Assembly: GCA_965224085.1 (NCBI GenBank)
Contig: CBDCYI010000005.1
Location: forward strand, 1,024,001 to 1,088,000
Source: Candidatus Marinacidobacterales bacterium
Lineage (GTDB): Bacteria; Acidobacteriota; Vicinamibacteria; Marinacidobacterales; SMYC01
Direction: 5' to 3'
Length of the DNA stretch: 64,000 bases
Shown one piece after another: positions 1 through 9,543 of this stretch. Position 1 is the first letter of the stretch; every line of letters starts with the position of its first letter. Both the position numbers and the translations under genes were made by a program. The notes below the pieces were generated by a model. It did not search any database, had not been told where the DNA came from, and saw nothing but the letters and a program-made list of their open reading frames with translations.

Positions 1-578
1 AGCTTGAGCTCGGCCGCACGGCGCCGCGATTTGTACTTCGTGATGCCGGCCGCTTCCTCGATGATGGTGCGGCGGTCGCTCGGCTTGCTGGAGAGAATGA
101 GCCCTATCTTTCCTTGCTCGATGATGGCGTAGGCTTTGGAGCCGACGCCAGTCCCCATGAAGAGATCCTGCACGTCCCGGAGGCGGCTGGGTGCACCGTC
201 GAGAAGATATTCGCTCTCGCCCGAGCGATGGAGGCGCCGGGTGACGAGCACTTCACCCCGTTGCGCGCTCTTCTTGTTAATCTCCGTCTCGCCCTTTTTC
301 GTGCGCACGGGCACGTTCACGTTCGAGACCCGAAGATTCACCTCGGCGAGCGACAGCGGCGGCCGCGACTCGCTACCGTTGAAGATGAGCTCCTCCATCC
401 TCTGGCCACGCAAGCTCTTGGCGCTCTGCTCGCCCAGGACCCAGCCGATAGCGTCAGCGATATTGCTCTTGCCACAGCCGTTCGGTCCAACGATGGCCGT
501 GACGCCCTTGTGAAACGTCAGCTCGGCCCGTTCGCCAAAACTCTTGAAACCCGTGATGTCGACCCGCTCAAGCTTCAT
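1..578 (-). CDS. smc: Chromosome segregation protein SMC, 5' part (runs off the window)
   Basis: Not in ORF track. Manual translation from ATG 578: MKLERVDITGFKSFGERAELTFHKGVTAIVGPNGCGKSNIADAIGWVLGEQSAKSLRGQRMEELIFNGS, the classic SMC N-terminal Walker A region. Confidence 0.96.
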   Translation of the reverse strand, partial: MKLERVDITGFKSFGERAELTFHKGVTAIVGPNGCGKSNIADAIGWVLGEQSAKSLRGQRMEELIFNGSESRPPLSLAEVNLRVSNVNVPVRTKKGETEINKKSAQRGEVLVTRRLHRSGESEYLLDGAPSRLRDVQDLFMGTGVGSKAYAIIEQGKIGLILSSKPSDRRTIIEEAAGITKYKSRRRAAELK

Positions 579-635
579 TTTGACCCCGGAAGGTGCAAAG
601 TTTAGCACAGGCTCTGCACCGAGCCCAAGGCAAAA

Positions 636-683
636 CAACAAGATATAGTAGACAGATCAATGATTTACCCCAAGATGCTGAAG
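636..683. promoter_or_regulatory. Tandem NrdR-box-like operators in the divergent smc/lptFG promoter region
   Basis: CAACAAGATATAGTAG (636-651) and CCCCAAGATGCTGAAG (668-683), 32 bp apart, resemble consensus acaCwAtATaTwGtgt. Flanked by extended -10-like TGcTAAACT (minus, 599-607) and TGcTACTTT (plus, 708-716). Confidence 0.55.
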
Positions 684-759
684 CAGTGGTAGAAGGCTAC
701 CCGCGTATGCTACTTTGTCGAAAGATGAGTTCCCCGCCGACATCCGGCCAGTCTTGAAC

Positions 760-3075
760 ATGCTGCGGATCCTCGACCGCTACGTCTTGCGTGAAGTGTT
801 CCCGAGCTTCATTTTGGGGATCGGCGTCTTTACGTTCGTCATCCTGCTGAACGAGATCATGCGCTTCGCCCAGAGGATCGTTAGCCAATCGGCGTCCTTG
901 GCGGACACGCTCAGCATCTTATTGCATCTGCTCCCGAGCGTCCTCTGTTTGACCATCCCCATGGGCTTTTTGCTCGGGGTACTCATAGCACTCGGGCGAC
1001 TCGCCGCGGATAGCGAGATCGTCGCGATGCGGGCGAGCGGCGTAAGTCTGTACCGGCTTCTCACCCCGATATTGGTGGCGGCCACGATCGCCTGGGGAGC
1101 GTCGTCCTACCTCATTATTAAAGTGCTTCCGGACTCGAATCAGCAAGTCCGCCAGCTCTTTTTCAAGATCCTGACGTCCCAAGTGGGCACCGAAATCCGG
1201 CCGCGCGTGTTCTACGACCGGCTCTTCCCCAACCTCATGTTTCTCGTGCTCGACACGCCGACGGGCGCGGGCTACTGGGAGAACGTGATCCTCGCCGACT
1301 TGTCGGAGCCCCAATCACCACGCGTGACTTTCGCCAGCCAGGGACGGCTCCTCATCGACGCCGAGGAGCGGACGGCGACGTTTTACCTGCAAGACGCTGA
1401 GCTGCATCAGGTCTCGCATCGCAAGCCGGCGGAATATCAGCGACAGGTTTCGAAGGAGATATTTCTGCCGCTACCCACGCACACCTTCTTCCCACCGGAA
1501 GACATCAACGTGCCGCGGGGAGCTCGCGAGCTCAGCTTGAGCCAGCTGCGTCAGTCTTACGCCGAAACGGAGCTTCCGATCTATCTGACCGAGATCCACA
1601 AGAAATTCGCGATTCCCTTTGCCTGTTTCGTTTTCGGGATACTCGGCCTCGCGCTCGGCATCAGCAACCGGCGGGACGGTCGTTCATGGGGCTTCATCGT
1701 GAGCCTGGCCGTCATCTTCGCGTACTACATCATCATCGATGTTGGCGAGAACATGGCGACTACGGGGCGCCTGTCGCCTTTTCTCGGGATGTGGACGCCC
1801 AACATCTTACTCGGCGGGGCGGCGATAGCGCTTCTGATCCGCGCGGCGCGAGAATCTCGAGGCGGATTTTTTGGGATCGCCGCCACCCTTTGGCCGAGCC
1901 TCGCGGTGAAGCTCCACTCTCTGCGCAAGAAACGAGCGAGGACGCCCGACCGCAACATCGTCGTGGTCCGCATCCCGCGGATGGGCTTGCGCTTCCCGAA
2001 CACGCTCGACCGCTATGTCGCCCGCGAGTTCGCGCGCTTTTTTCTGCTGATCCTCGTAGCACTCGTGAGCGTCTACATCCTCGGTTTGCTCATCGATGTG
2101 ATCGCCGATGCATTCGAGTACAACGTGCGTGGAACAGTCGTCCTTCAATATCTCGCTTTTGCACAGCCACAGATTCTCTTTCACATGTTGCCTCTCTCCA
2201 CTCTCATGGCGACCCTCGTCTGTTTCGCCATCTTGACGAAGACGAGCGAGATCACGGCGGCGAAAGCCGGGGGGGTGAGCCTCTACCGGATCTCCGTGCC
2301 CGTTATGTTTATAGGGATTTCCGTGAGCGTGGGCTGTTTCGCGCTTCAAGAATATTGGCTCCCCTACGCCAATCGCCGCGCGGCGGAGCTCCGGGACGAG
2401 ATCAAGAACCGCCCCGTTCAGACCCACAATATCTTGAACCGACAATGGATGATGGGCGAGCACCAAGAGCTCTACAACTACGCCTATTACGACTCGAATC
2501 TACGGAAATTCAGCGGCCTCGCGGTCTACAAGTTTCAGACCGACTCATTCACCATGACCGAGCGTCTCTATACGCAAGAAGCGAAATGGGAGCCGGAGCG
2601 GGGCGCATGGATTTTCACTCGGGGATGGAGGCGCAACTTCGCCGCAGAGGGTAAACAAGAGCGCTTCGAGACACGCCGCATCCACGACATGGCGCCGCCG
2701 TCTTACTTCGTCAAGGAAGTCAAGCGCTCCGATCAGATGACCTACCTGGAACTCACCCGCTACGTCGACGATTTGCAGCAGGCAGGCTATGACGTCGTCC
2801 CGCTTCGCGTAGCCCAACAGGCAAAGTTCTCATTCCCCCTAGCCGCGATGGTCACGGTGCTGATCGCGATACCCTTCTCGTTTACCCCAGGGAAAAAAGG
2901 CGCACTCTACGGCATCGGCATCGCAATCGCGATCGGGTTGTCCTACTACGTAACAACCCGCGTCTTCGCTTTCATGGGCGAAATGGCGATGCTCCCGCCC
3001 GTCTTAGCCGCCTGGGCTCCAAACGTCCTCTTTAGCATAGCCGCGCTGTACGGACTCTTCAACATCCGCACATAG
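760..3075 (+). CDS. lptF: Fused LptF-LptG LPS export ABC transporter permease
   Basis: Two tandem YjgP/YjgQ units (MLRILDRYV..DSEIVAMRASG; LDRYVARE..SEITAAKAGG). Likely start ATG 760. Confidence 0.92.
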   Translation: MLRILDRYVLREVFPSFILGIGVFTFVILLNEIMRFAQRIVSQSASLADTLSILLHLLPSVLCLTIPMGFLLGVLIALGRLAADSEIVAMRASGVSLYRLLTPILVAATIAWGASSYLIIKVLPDSNQQVRQLFFKILTSQVGTEIRPRVFYDRLFPNLMFLVLDTPTGAGYWENVILADLSEPQSPRVTFASQGRLLIDAEERTATFYLQDAELHQVSHRKPAEYQRQVSKEIFLPLPTHTFFPPEDINVPRGARELSLSQLRQSYAETELPIYLTEIHKKFAIPFACFVFGILGLALGISNRRDGRSWGFIVSLAVIFAYYIIIDVGENMATTGRLSPFLGMWTPNILLGGAAIALLIRAARESRGGFFGIAATLWPSLAVKLHSLRKKRARTPDRNIVVVRIPRMGLRFPNTLDRYVAREFARFFLLILVALVSVYILGLLIDVIADAFEYNVRGTVVLQYLAFAQPQILFHMLPLSTLMATLVCFAILTKTSEITAAKAGGVSLYRISVPVMFIGISVSVGCFALQEYWLPYANRRAAELRDEIKNRPVQTHNILNRQWMMGEHQELYNYAYYDSNLRKFSGLAVYKFQTDSFTMTERLYTQEAKWEPERGAWIFTRGWRRNFAAEGKQERFETRRIHDMAPPSYFVKEVKRSDQMTYLELTRYVDDLQQAGYDVVPLRVAQQAKFSFPLAAMVTVLIAIPFSFTPGKKGALYGIGIAIAIGLSYYVTTRVFAFMGEMAMLPPVLAAWAPNVLFSIAALYGLFNIRT

Positions 3076-3175
3076 ATCTCGTTGGAGCGCAACGTAAATG
3101 CGCGAGGAAATCCCGTATTTCCGACTGCGCGTCAAACCCGACTAGTATTATTAAGCGCTCAAGATGATCGCTGGC

Positions 3176-4330
<1,155 letters not shown>

Positions 4331-4609
4331 CCATTTCCTCCTGTCGAGTCTTCTCAAGGGCGACAAAAGCGGCATTTTACGCACAACGCTCTGAAGACGC
4401 AATGGTTGCGAAAAAGCGACAGAAAACTTGCTTCTGCCTTCCCTTTTACGATTGAATCGCCTATGCTCCAAAAATCTCGCAAAGGTGGCCTGCCGCAGGC
4501 GTCGCTTCTGAAGGGTGCGCGCCTCCCAAAGCCGAAACCTCGGCTCTAGCCTCGAGACGGTTCAGGACCTACTGGGCGCGAGGTCGCCTGGGCCGCGCTC
4601 GTCTTCGCC

Positions 4610-6628
4610 GTGGCCACCTTGCTCCTTAGCTACCCGCTTGCGTTTCACCCGGCCACACTCTCGCGGCTCGACAACGGCGACGCCCGGCTGAACGCATGGG
4701 CCATCTCCTGGGTGGCGCACCAGCTTCTCGAGCATCCTCTCGCGCTTTTCGAAGCCAACACCTTTTACCCGCTCCCGCATGCGCTTGCCTATTCCGAACA
4801 TCTAACATTACAAGGGATACTCGCGATCCCGCTTCTCGCGCTGACGGACGATCTCGTGCTGACGAACAATTTTATCCTTCTCTTCTCGATGTTCGCTTCG
4901 GGCCTCGGGATGTATTTTTTGGCCTATGCGCTCACGCGCGACCATCTCGCCGCGATTCTCGCGGGCATCTTCTTTTCGTTCGCTCCTTTCCGCTTCAATC
5001 GCCTCCCTCACATCCAAATGCAGCTCTATGCGTTCATCCATCTATTTCTCGCCGGGCTGCACCGATTTGCCGAGACGCATCGGCCTCGCTGGCTCGTCCT
5101 CGTCGCCGCCGCGTTCGTGTTGCAAGTGCTTTCCGGCACGTATCTCGGGGCCATCGCTGCAGTCGCTCTCGGCGTGGCGTTCATAACACTCTTTCCCTAC
5201 GCTGGCTTATCTCGGCGCGAATGGGGCTACGTGTTCGTGGCGCTCATCGCCATGGCAACCGTGCTCGTGCCGTTCGCGCTACCCTATCTCTGGGTGAACC
5301 GCGAGCTCGGCGTCGAGTGGGACCTGTCAGGTCTCGGCTCTCTCTCCGCCACGCCCCAAGCCTATCTAGCCTCTTCGAGCCATCTCTACCGCACGATCAC
5401 ACAAGCCTGGACGAGCCCGGATGGACGCACCGATTTTCTCTTCCCTGGCTTCACCTTGATCGTCCTGGGCGGCACGGGCCTGTGGACACTCGTCAAGAAA
5501 GAGGGGCGGCGCGCCATCGGCGTGTGCTACGCCACCATCTTTCTCACGGGTGTCATTTTGTCGCTCGGGCCTGCCACTCCCATCCAACCGTTTCTCTATG
5601 AGCAAGTCGTCTTTTTTCGAGGGCTGCGCGCACTCACGCGCTTCAGCCTTCTGCCGTTATTGAGCTTGTCCGTACTCTCCGCCTACGGCCTCGCGTGGCT
5701 TCTCGAAGGCTTTGGCCGTCGCAAAACCGTATTCGGGGCCATCCTCATCTTCTTCGTTGTCGAATCCACGGCGCTTCCCTACCGGTTCGAGCCTCATCGC
5801 GACGCGCCGCCGGAAGTCTATAGATGGCTGCGCGATGCCGAGCCGGGCCCGATCGTCGAACTTCCGTTCAAAGTAGTGGACACGCGTTATATGTTCTGGG
5901 CACGGCATCACAACTTTCGGCCGATGCTGAACGGAGATAGCGGCTTCATCCCGATGTCCCATCAATGGCTGAAAGTAGCGCTCGGGCGATTCCCCTCCCC
6001 CGACGCCATCGCCGCACTGAGGCACCTCGAAGTGCGCTACGTCGTGCTGCATCTGGGCGCGTTTCGCAAACCGGCGCTCCTGAGACTTCTAAGCGGTATC
6101 GCGGCGCAACGGGGAACTCTGCTCCCCGTCCGCGATTTCGGAGCCGATATCGTTCTCGAAGTCCTTCCGGATCCCGCTCGATCGAAGCCAAGCGGGGAGG
6201 CGCTACCCGCCCTCGAGAGCGTTCCGGCCTCGGGGAGTATCGACGCGCTCTTCGACCACGTCACAACCGAGCCCTTCGAAGCCAACGAGATGATCCTCGA
6301 CCTCGAGGTGGAGCTCGACAAGCTCACAGAAGTCGCAGGACTCCGCTTTCACTACGGGCCGGTGCCGCGCACGCCCGTCGTCGCGTTCGAAGTATTCTTT
6401 GATGCCGATGCCGCTAATACCGCTAATGAACGACCGGGTACACGCGGCGCCGAACCACCAGATTGGCCCGCGGTGGCCGCGCTCATCGAGGGCTTGCTCG
6501 AGACGCCACTGAACGGAACCCAGACGATCTTTCTAGCACCCTTCGACACGAAGCGGCTGAGACTTCGACTTCGTGGGATGGACGGGAGACCGCCCGCGCT
6601 CTCGGAAATCGAAGTGCTCGCCCGGTGA
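4610..6628 (+). CDS. Polytopic membrane protein, YfhO/GT-C glycosyltransferase-like, with C-terminal soluble domain (5' end uncertain)
   Basis: About 12 TM segments. LFEANTFYP..LAYSEH, FRGLRALTRF, GPIVELP, PMLNGDSGF motifs. Confidence 0.65.
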   Translation: MATLLLSYPLAFHPATLSRLDNGDARLNAWAISWVAHQLLEHPLALFEANTFYPLPHALAYSEHLTLQGILAIPLLALTDDLVLTNNFILLFSMFASGLGMYFLAYALTRDHLAAILAGIFFSFAPFRFNRLPHIQMQLYAFIHLFLAGLHRFAETHRPRWLVLVAAAFVLQVLSGTYLGAIAAVALGVAFITLFPYAGLSRREWGYVFVALIAMATVLVPFALPYLWVNRELGVEWDLSGLGSLSATPQAYLASSSHLYRTITQAWTSPDGRTDFLFPGFTLIVLGGTGLWTLVKKEGRRAIGVCYATIFLTGVILSLGPATPIQPFLYEQVVFFRGLRALTRFSLLPLLSLSVLSAYGLAWLLEGFGRRKTVFGAILIFFVVESTALPYRFEPHRDAPPEVYRWLRDAEPGPIVELPFKVVDTRYMFWARHHNFRPMLNGDSGFIPMSHQWLKVALGRFPSPDAIAALRHLEVRYVVLHLGAFRKPALLRLLSGIAAQRGTLLPVRDFGADIVLEVLPDPARSKPSGEALPALESVPASGSIDALFDHVTTEPFEANEMILDLEVELDKLTEVAGLRFHYGPVPRTPVVAFEVFFDADAANTANERPGTRGAEPPDWPAVAALIEGLLETPLNGTQTIFLAPFDTKRLRLRLRGMDGRPPALSEIEVLAR

Positions 6629-6646
6629 GCGGGCGCCGGGCTTCTA

Positions 6647-7612
6647 TCAGCGCTCCAGGCTGAAGACCGGGAATCGATGCGTCGATTCGAAACCCAAAGT
6701 ACGGTAGAGGCGCAGGGCGCGATCGTTGTCACGACTGACCATGAGGGACAAAGTTCGGATCCCGAGGGCCACAAGTCGATCGATGGTATTCTCGAGAAGC
6801 AAACGCCCGACGCCTTGCCGCTGAAAGGTCGGGTCCACGGCCACTTGAGCGAGATGGCCATGCCCCTTGGCGATCTCGGTGACGATAGCGAAGCCCGCGG
6901 CCGCATCGGTCGACGGCTCGCGCGCCACGGTGGATACTTCCGCTAGAGCCTTCCCGCAGCCGCGCTGGCGCACGATATTGTTGAGCAGAAGGCGGCAACC
7001 GGAGCTAGAACGATAGAGTTCGTTCATCTCTGCGTCGGCGCCACCTCTATGCGCTCGCTCCATCAACACCGCCATCTCGGACAAGTTCCAAGCCGTCCAG
7101 GACAGTAGCACCACGCGGCTCGAGGAGCCTGCATTGGTGTTTCCGCGCGACACTGTCCTTCGAAGGAAATCGCGCCAAAAGGTTTGAAAGCCTTCGGCTT
7201 CGAAGCATTCTGCGAGCCACTGGGCATCGAAGCAAACGAATTGGGTCTCGATGCGACGCACTCCGCGGCGGTACAAGTCTTCGAGAATCGCATGGAGCAT
7301 CATGCGTCCGATCTCGGAGTCCCGAAAGGCCGGAGAGACGACGAGCCCGGAGATCACGCCGCGATCTCCTTCGACGACGTAGTAAGCATAGGCAGCTGTC
7401 ACGCCGCCGCATCGGATAGCTTTCCCGACGAGCCCGCCGCGCTCGACCGCTCGCTCGAGGGCGGACATAGCGGTCGTAACGTCCCAGTCGAAACGCTCGC
7501 GCCAGAGCCGCGCCTCTCGATCCCACAAGCTACGAAGCTCGAAAGGCCAAACGCGACACAAATCCACGACTTGCAGATTCGCTGCAGCGCGCTCGGCGAT
7601 CAGGCTACTCAT
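6647..7612 (-). CDS. Tandem GNAT-family N-acetyltransferase
   Basis: Two acetyl-CoA motif A copies (VSPAFRDSEIG; VDPTFQRQGVG) and N..ALRLYRTLGF. Confidence 0.85.
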   Translation of the reverse strand: MSSLIAERAAANLQVVDLCRVWPFELRSLWDREARLWRERFDWDVTTAMSALERAVERGGLVGKAIRCGGVTAAYAYYVVEGDRGVISGLVVSPAFRDSEIGRMMLHAILEDLYRRGVRRIETQFVCFDAQWLAECFEAEGFQTFWRDFLRRTVSRGNTNAGSSSRVVLLSWTAWNLSEMAVLMERAHRGGADAEMNELYRSSSGCRLLLNNIVRQRGCGKALAEVSTVAREPSTDAAAGFAIVTEIAKGHGHLAQVAVDPTFQRQGVGRLLLENTIDRLVALGIRTLSLMVSRDNDRALRLYRTLGFESTHRFPVFSLER

Positions 7613-7718
7613 GCTGGTCTCGATCTCACGTTTAGTGTACCGCGATCCGAGTTGTCTTATCTATTAATCAAGGTGACCAAGGTGAGAAGGGCGAACGTGG
7701 TACGATCGTTTCCAGCTT

Positions 7719-8867
7719 ATGCAAGCCGTGATCCTCGCTGCGGGCCGATCGACTCGAACTTACCCGCTAACACGCACACGCCCGAAACCACTGATCCCCA
7801 TTTGGGACAAACCGCTTCTCGAGCATCAGCTCGGTCAGCTGGCCGGTCTGGTCGACGAAGCCATCCTCGTGGTGGGTTACCGGCGTGAGCAAATCGAGTC
7901 CCATTTCGGACGCGAGCATCACGGTATCCGTTTGCGCTACGCTGAGCAACGCACCCAACGCGGCACCGCCGATGCGATGCTCTCCGCCCGTCCTTACATC
8001 TCTGAGAGAAGCCTCGTGCTCAACGGAGACGATTTTTACCATCACGTCGATCTCAAAGCGCTTCTCGACGGTGGGCGCGGGCTCCTCGTGACCCAAGCTC
8101 CGGACCCTCAAAACCGCGCGGTGGTCCGTTGCGAGCTCGACGCCGTCATCGACATCGTGGAAAAGCCGCAAAACCCTGAGCCGGGCGCGCTCTGCAGCGT
8201 CGGGGGCTATTGCATCGAGCACGCCGACTTGAAGCTACTGGACGATCTTCCGTTGAGCCCGCGCGGCGAGCTCGAGCTTCCCGATTTCATCCTGAGACTC
8301 GTACGCGAATCCAAGGTTCGGCGGCAGTCCATTACCCGGTGGTGGTTGCCCTTGACCTTTGGATGGGACGTCCTCAAGGCCGTGCGTCACATCTGGGCAG
8401 ATCCAAAGCGCGCGAAGGATCTCCGTATCGCGGAGACCGGACACGAAGCCCAAAGAGCGCGCGCCGATTTGAGCTTCGGAAAAAACGTACGACTCGAAGG
8501 TCCTATCAAGCTCGGAGACGGCGTACGGCTCGGCGACGGCGCTCGCCTCGTGGGCCCAACCACGATTGGGGCATTGTGCTCGATCGGTGAAGGTGCCCTC
8601 GTCGAAGCCAGCGCTCTTTTCGACAACGTACGTATCGGCGCGGGCGCGACGGTGCTCGACTCCGTGCTCGGCGAGGGCGTCGAAGTCGGCGAGAGGGCCA
8701 AGCTTTCGAGCGCCTCGGGGCGCGAGCTTACGATCGACGTCAAAGGAGTGCGCGTGCGTCCGGAGCTCGACCGACTCGGCGCGGTCGTGGGCGATGGAGC
8801 GCGGGTTCCGGAAGGAAGCGTCGTTGAGGCAGGAAGCTTGATCGACGCTACGTCTGGGCTAACGTAA
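7719..8867 (+). CDS. Sugar-phosphate nucleotidyltransferase with left-handed beta-helix (archaeal-type GlmU-like)
   Basis: VILAAGRSTRTYPLT..PKPL, GTADA, SPRGELEL, C-terminal hexapeptide repeats. Confidence 0.8.
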   Translation: MQAVILAAGRSTRTYPLTRTRPKPLIPIWDKPLLEHQLGQLAGLVDEAILVVGYRREQIESHFGREHHGIRLRYAEQRTQRGTADAMLSARPYISERSLVLNGDDFYHHVDLKALLDGGRGLLVTQAPDPQNRAVVRCELDAVIDIVEKPQNPEPGALCSVGGYCIEHADLKLLDDLPLSPRGELELPDFILRLVRESKVRRQSITRWWLPLTFGWDVLKAVRHIWADPKRAKDLRIAETGHEAQRARADLSFGKNVRLEGPIKLGDGVRLGDGARLVGPTTIGALCSIGEGALVEASALFDNVRIGAGATVLDSVLGEGVEVGERAKLSSASGRELTIDVKGVRVRPELDRLGAVVGDGARVPEGSVVEAGSLIDATSGLT

Positions 8868-9470
8868 CCACCCCTTCGGATAGCTCTGCCGATGCGCCTC
8901 TTCTTCGAGCGCCTTCACCGCCAGGGCGGCGGCCTGTCGCTCCTGGTCGGCCTCCTGAATGAGGCGGCGCAAGTGATCGAGAGATTCGATGACCGTATTG
9001 CCGTTCTCGTCGACATATTGGAGCCCCTCGATGACGTGAATACCATCGAGGGTCTGCTTGCGCTTTTGTGCGGCAGCCATACGTTGTTTCGCGGCCTGAT
9101 AGCGCCCTCGGAAATCGGCTTCGCGTCGCTTGCGGTCGCGGCTCTCGTCTACCGGGGTGACGGATTCGGGATCGTCCAGGGCGGAATCGAGGCCTAACGA
9201 GCTGCGGCTCACAGCGCTCGGATCGCCTTCGGTGTCGTTGTCGTTCTCACTGGTGACATTTTCACCTTCCGCGGCATCGGTGTCCTCTTCTTCTTCGAAG
9301 ATCTCCCCCTCGGCGAACTCCCGCGCGGCGACACTTTGGGCTTTGTTCTGGTCACGGCGCTCACGCTCCTTGCGCGCAAGCTCGCCGAGCGACTGCCCAG
9401 CAGGAGAGGCGGGGGCAGACCAGACAAAAAAGAGCGCAGCGGCGAGCAGAACCGACACGATTCTCGGCAT
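8859..9470 (-). CDS. Secreted hypothetical protein (acidic linker, coiled coil)
   Basis: Signal peptide, QSLGELARKERERR start, coiled-coil C-terminus ending PKGWLR. Confidence 0.7.
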   Translation of the reverse strand: MPRIVSVLLAAALFFVWSAPASPAGQSLGELARKERERRDQNKAQSVAAREFAEGEIFEEEEDTDAAEGENVTSENDNDTEGDPSAVSRSSLGLDSALDDPESVTPVDESRDRKRREADFRGRYQAAKQRMAAAQKRKQTLDGIHVIEGLQYVDENGNTVIESLDHLRRLIQEADQERQAAALAVKALEEEAHRQSYPKGWLR

Positions 9471-9543
9471 AGGGACCCCCAATTTTCTTATAGAAGATAC
9501 TTGGAATTAGCGTAGCATCTCGGCCCGGTTCCCGCTACGTGGC

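Noticed and set aside
114-605. Plus-strand ORFs 114-605 and 136-513
   Set aside because: Antisense shadows of smc
760-3075. LptF-LptG fusion as a novelty
   Set aside because: Such fusions are a familiar feature of acidobacterial genomes, so used only as a taxonomic hint
4331-4560. Possible SAM riboswitch upstream of metK
   Set aside because: No SAM-I core (ATC..GAG..GGA..GGCCC..AACC) or other SAM riboswitch pattern recognisable on the minus strand
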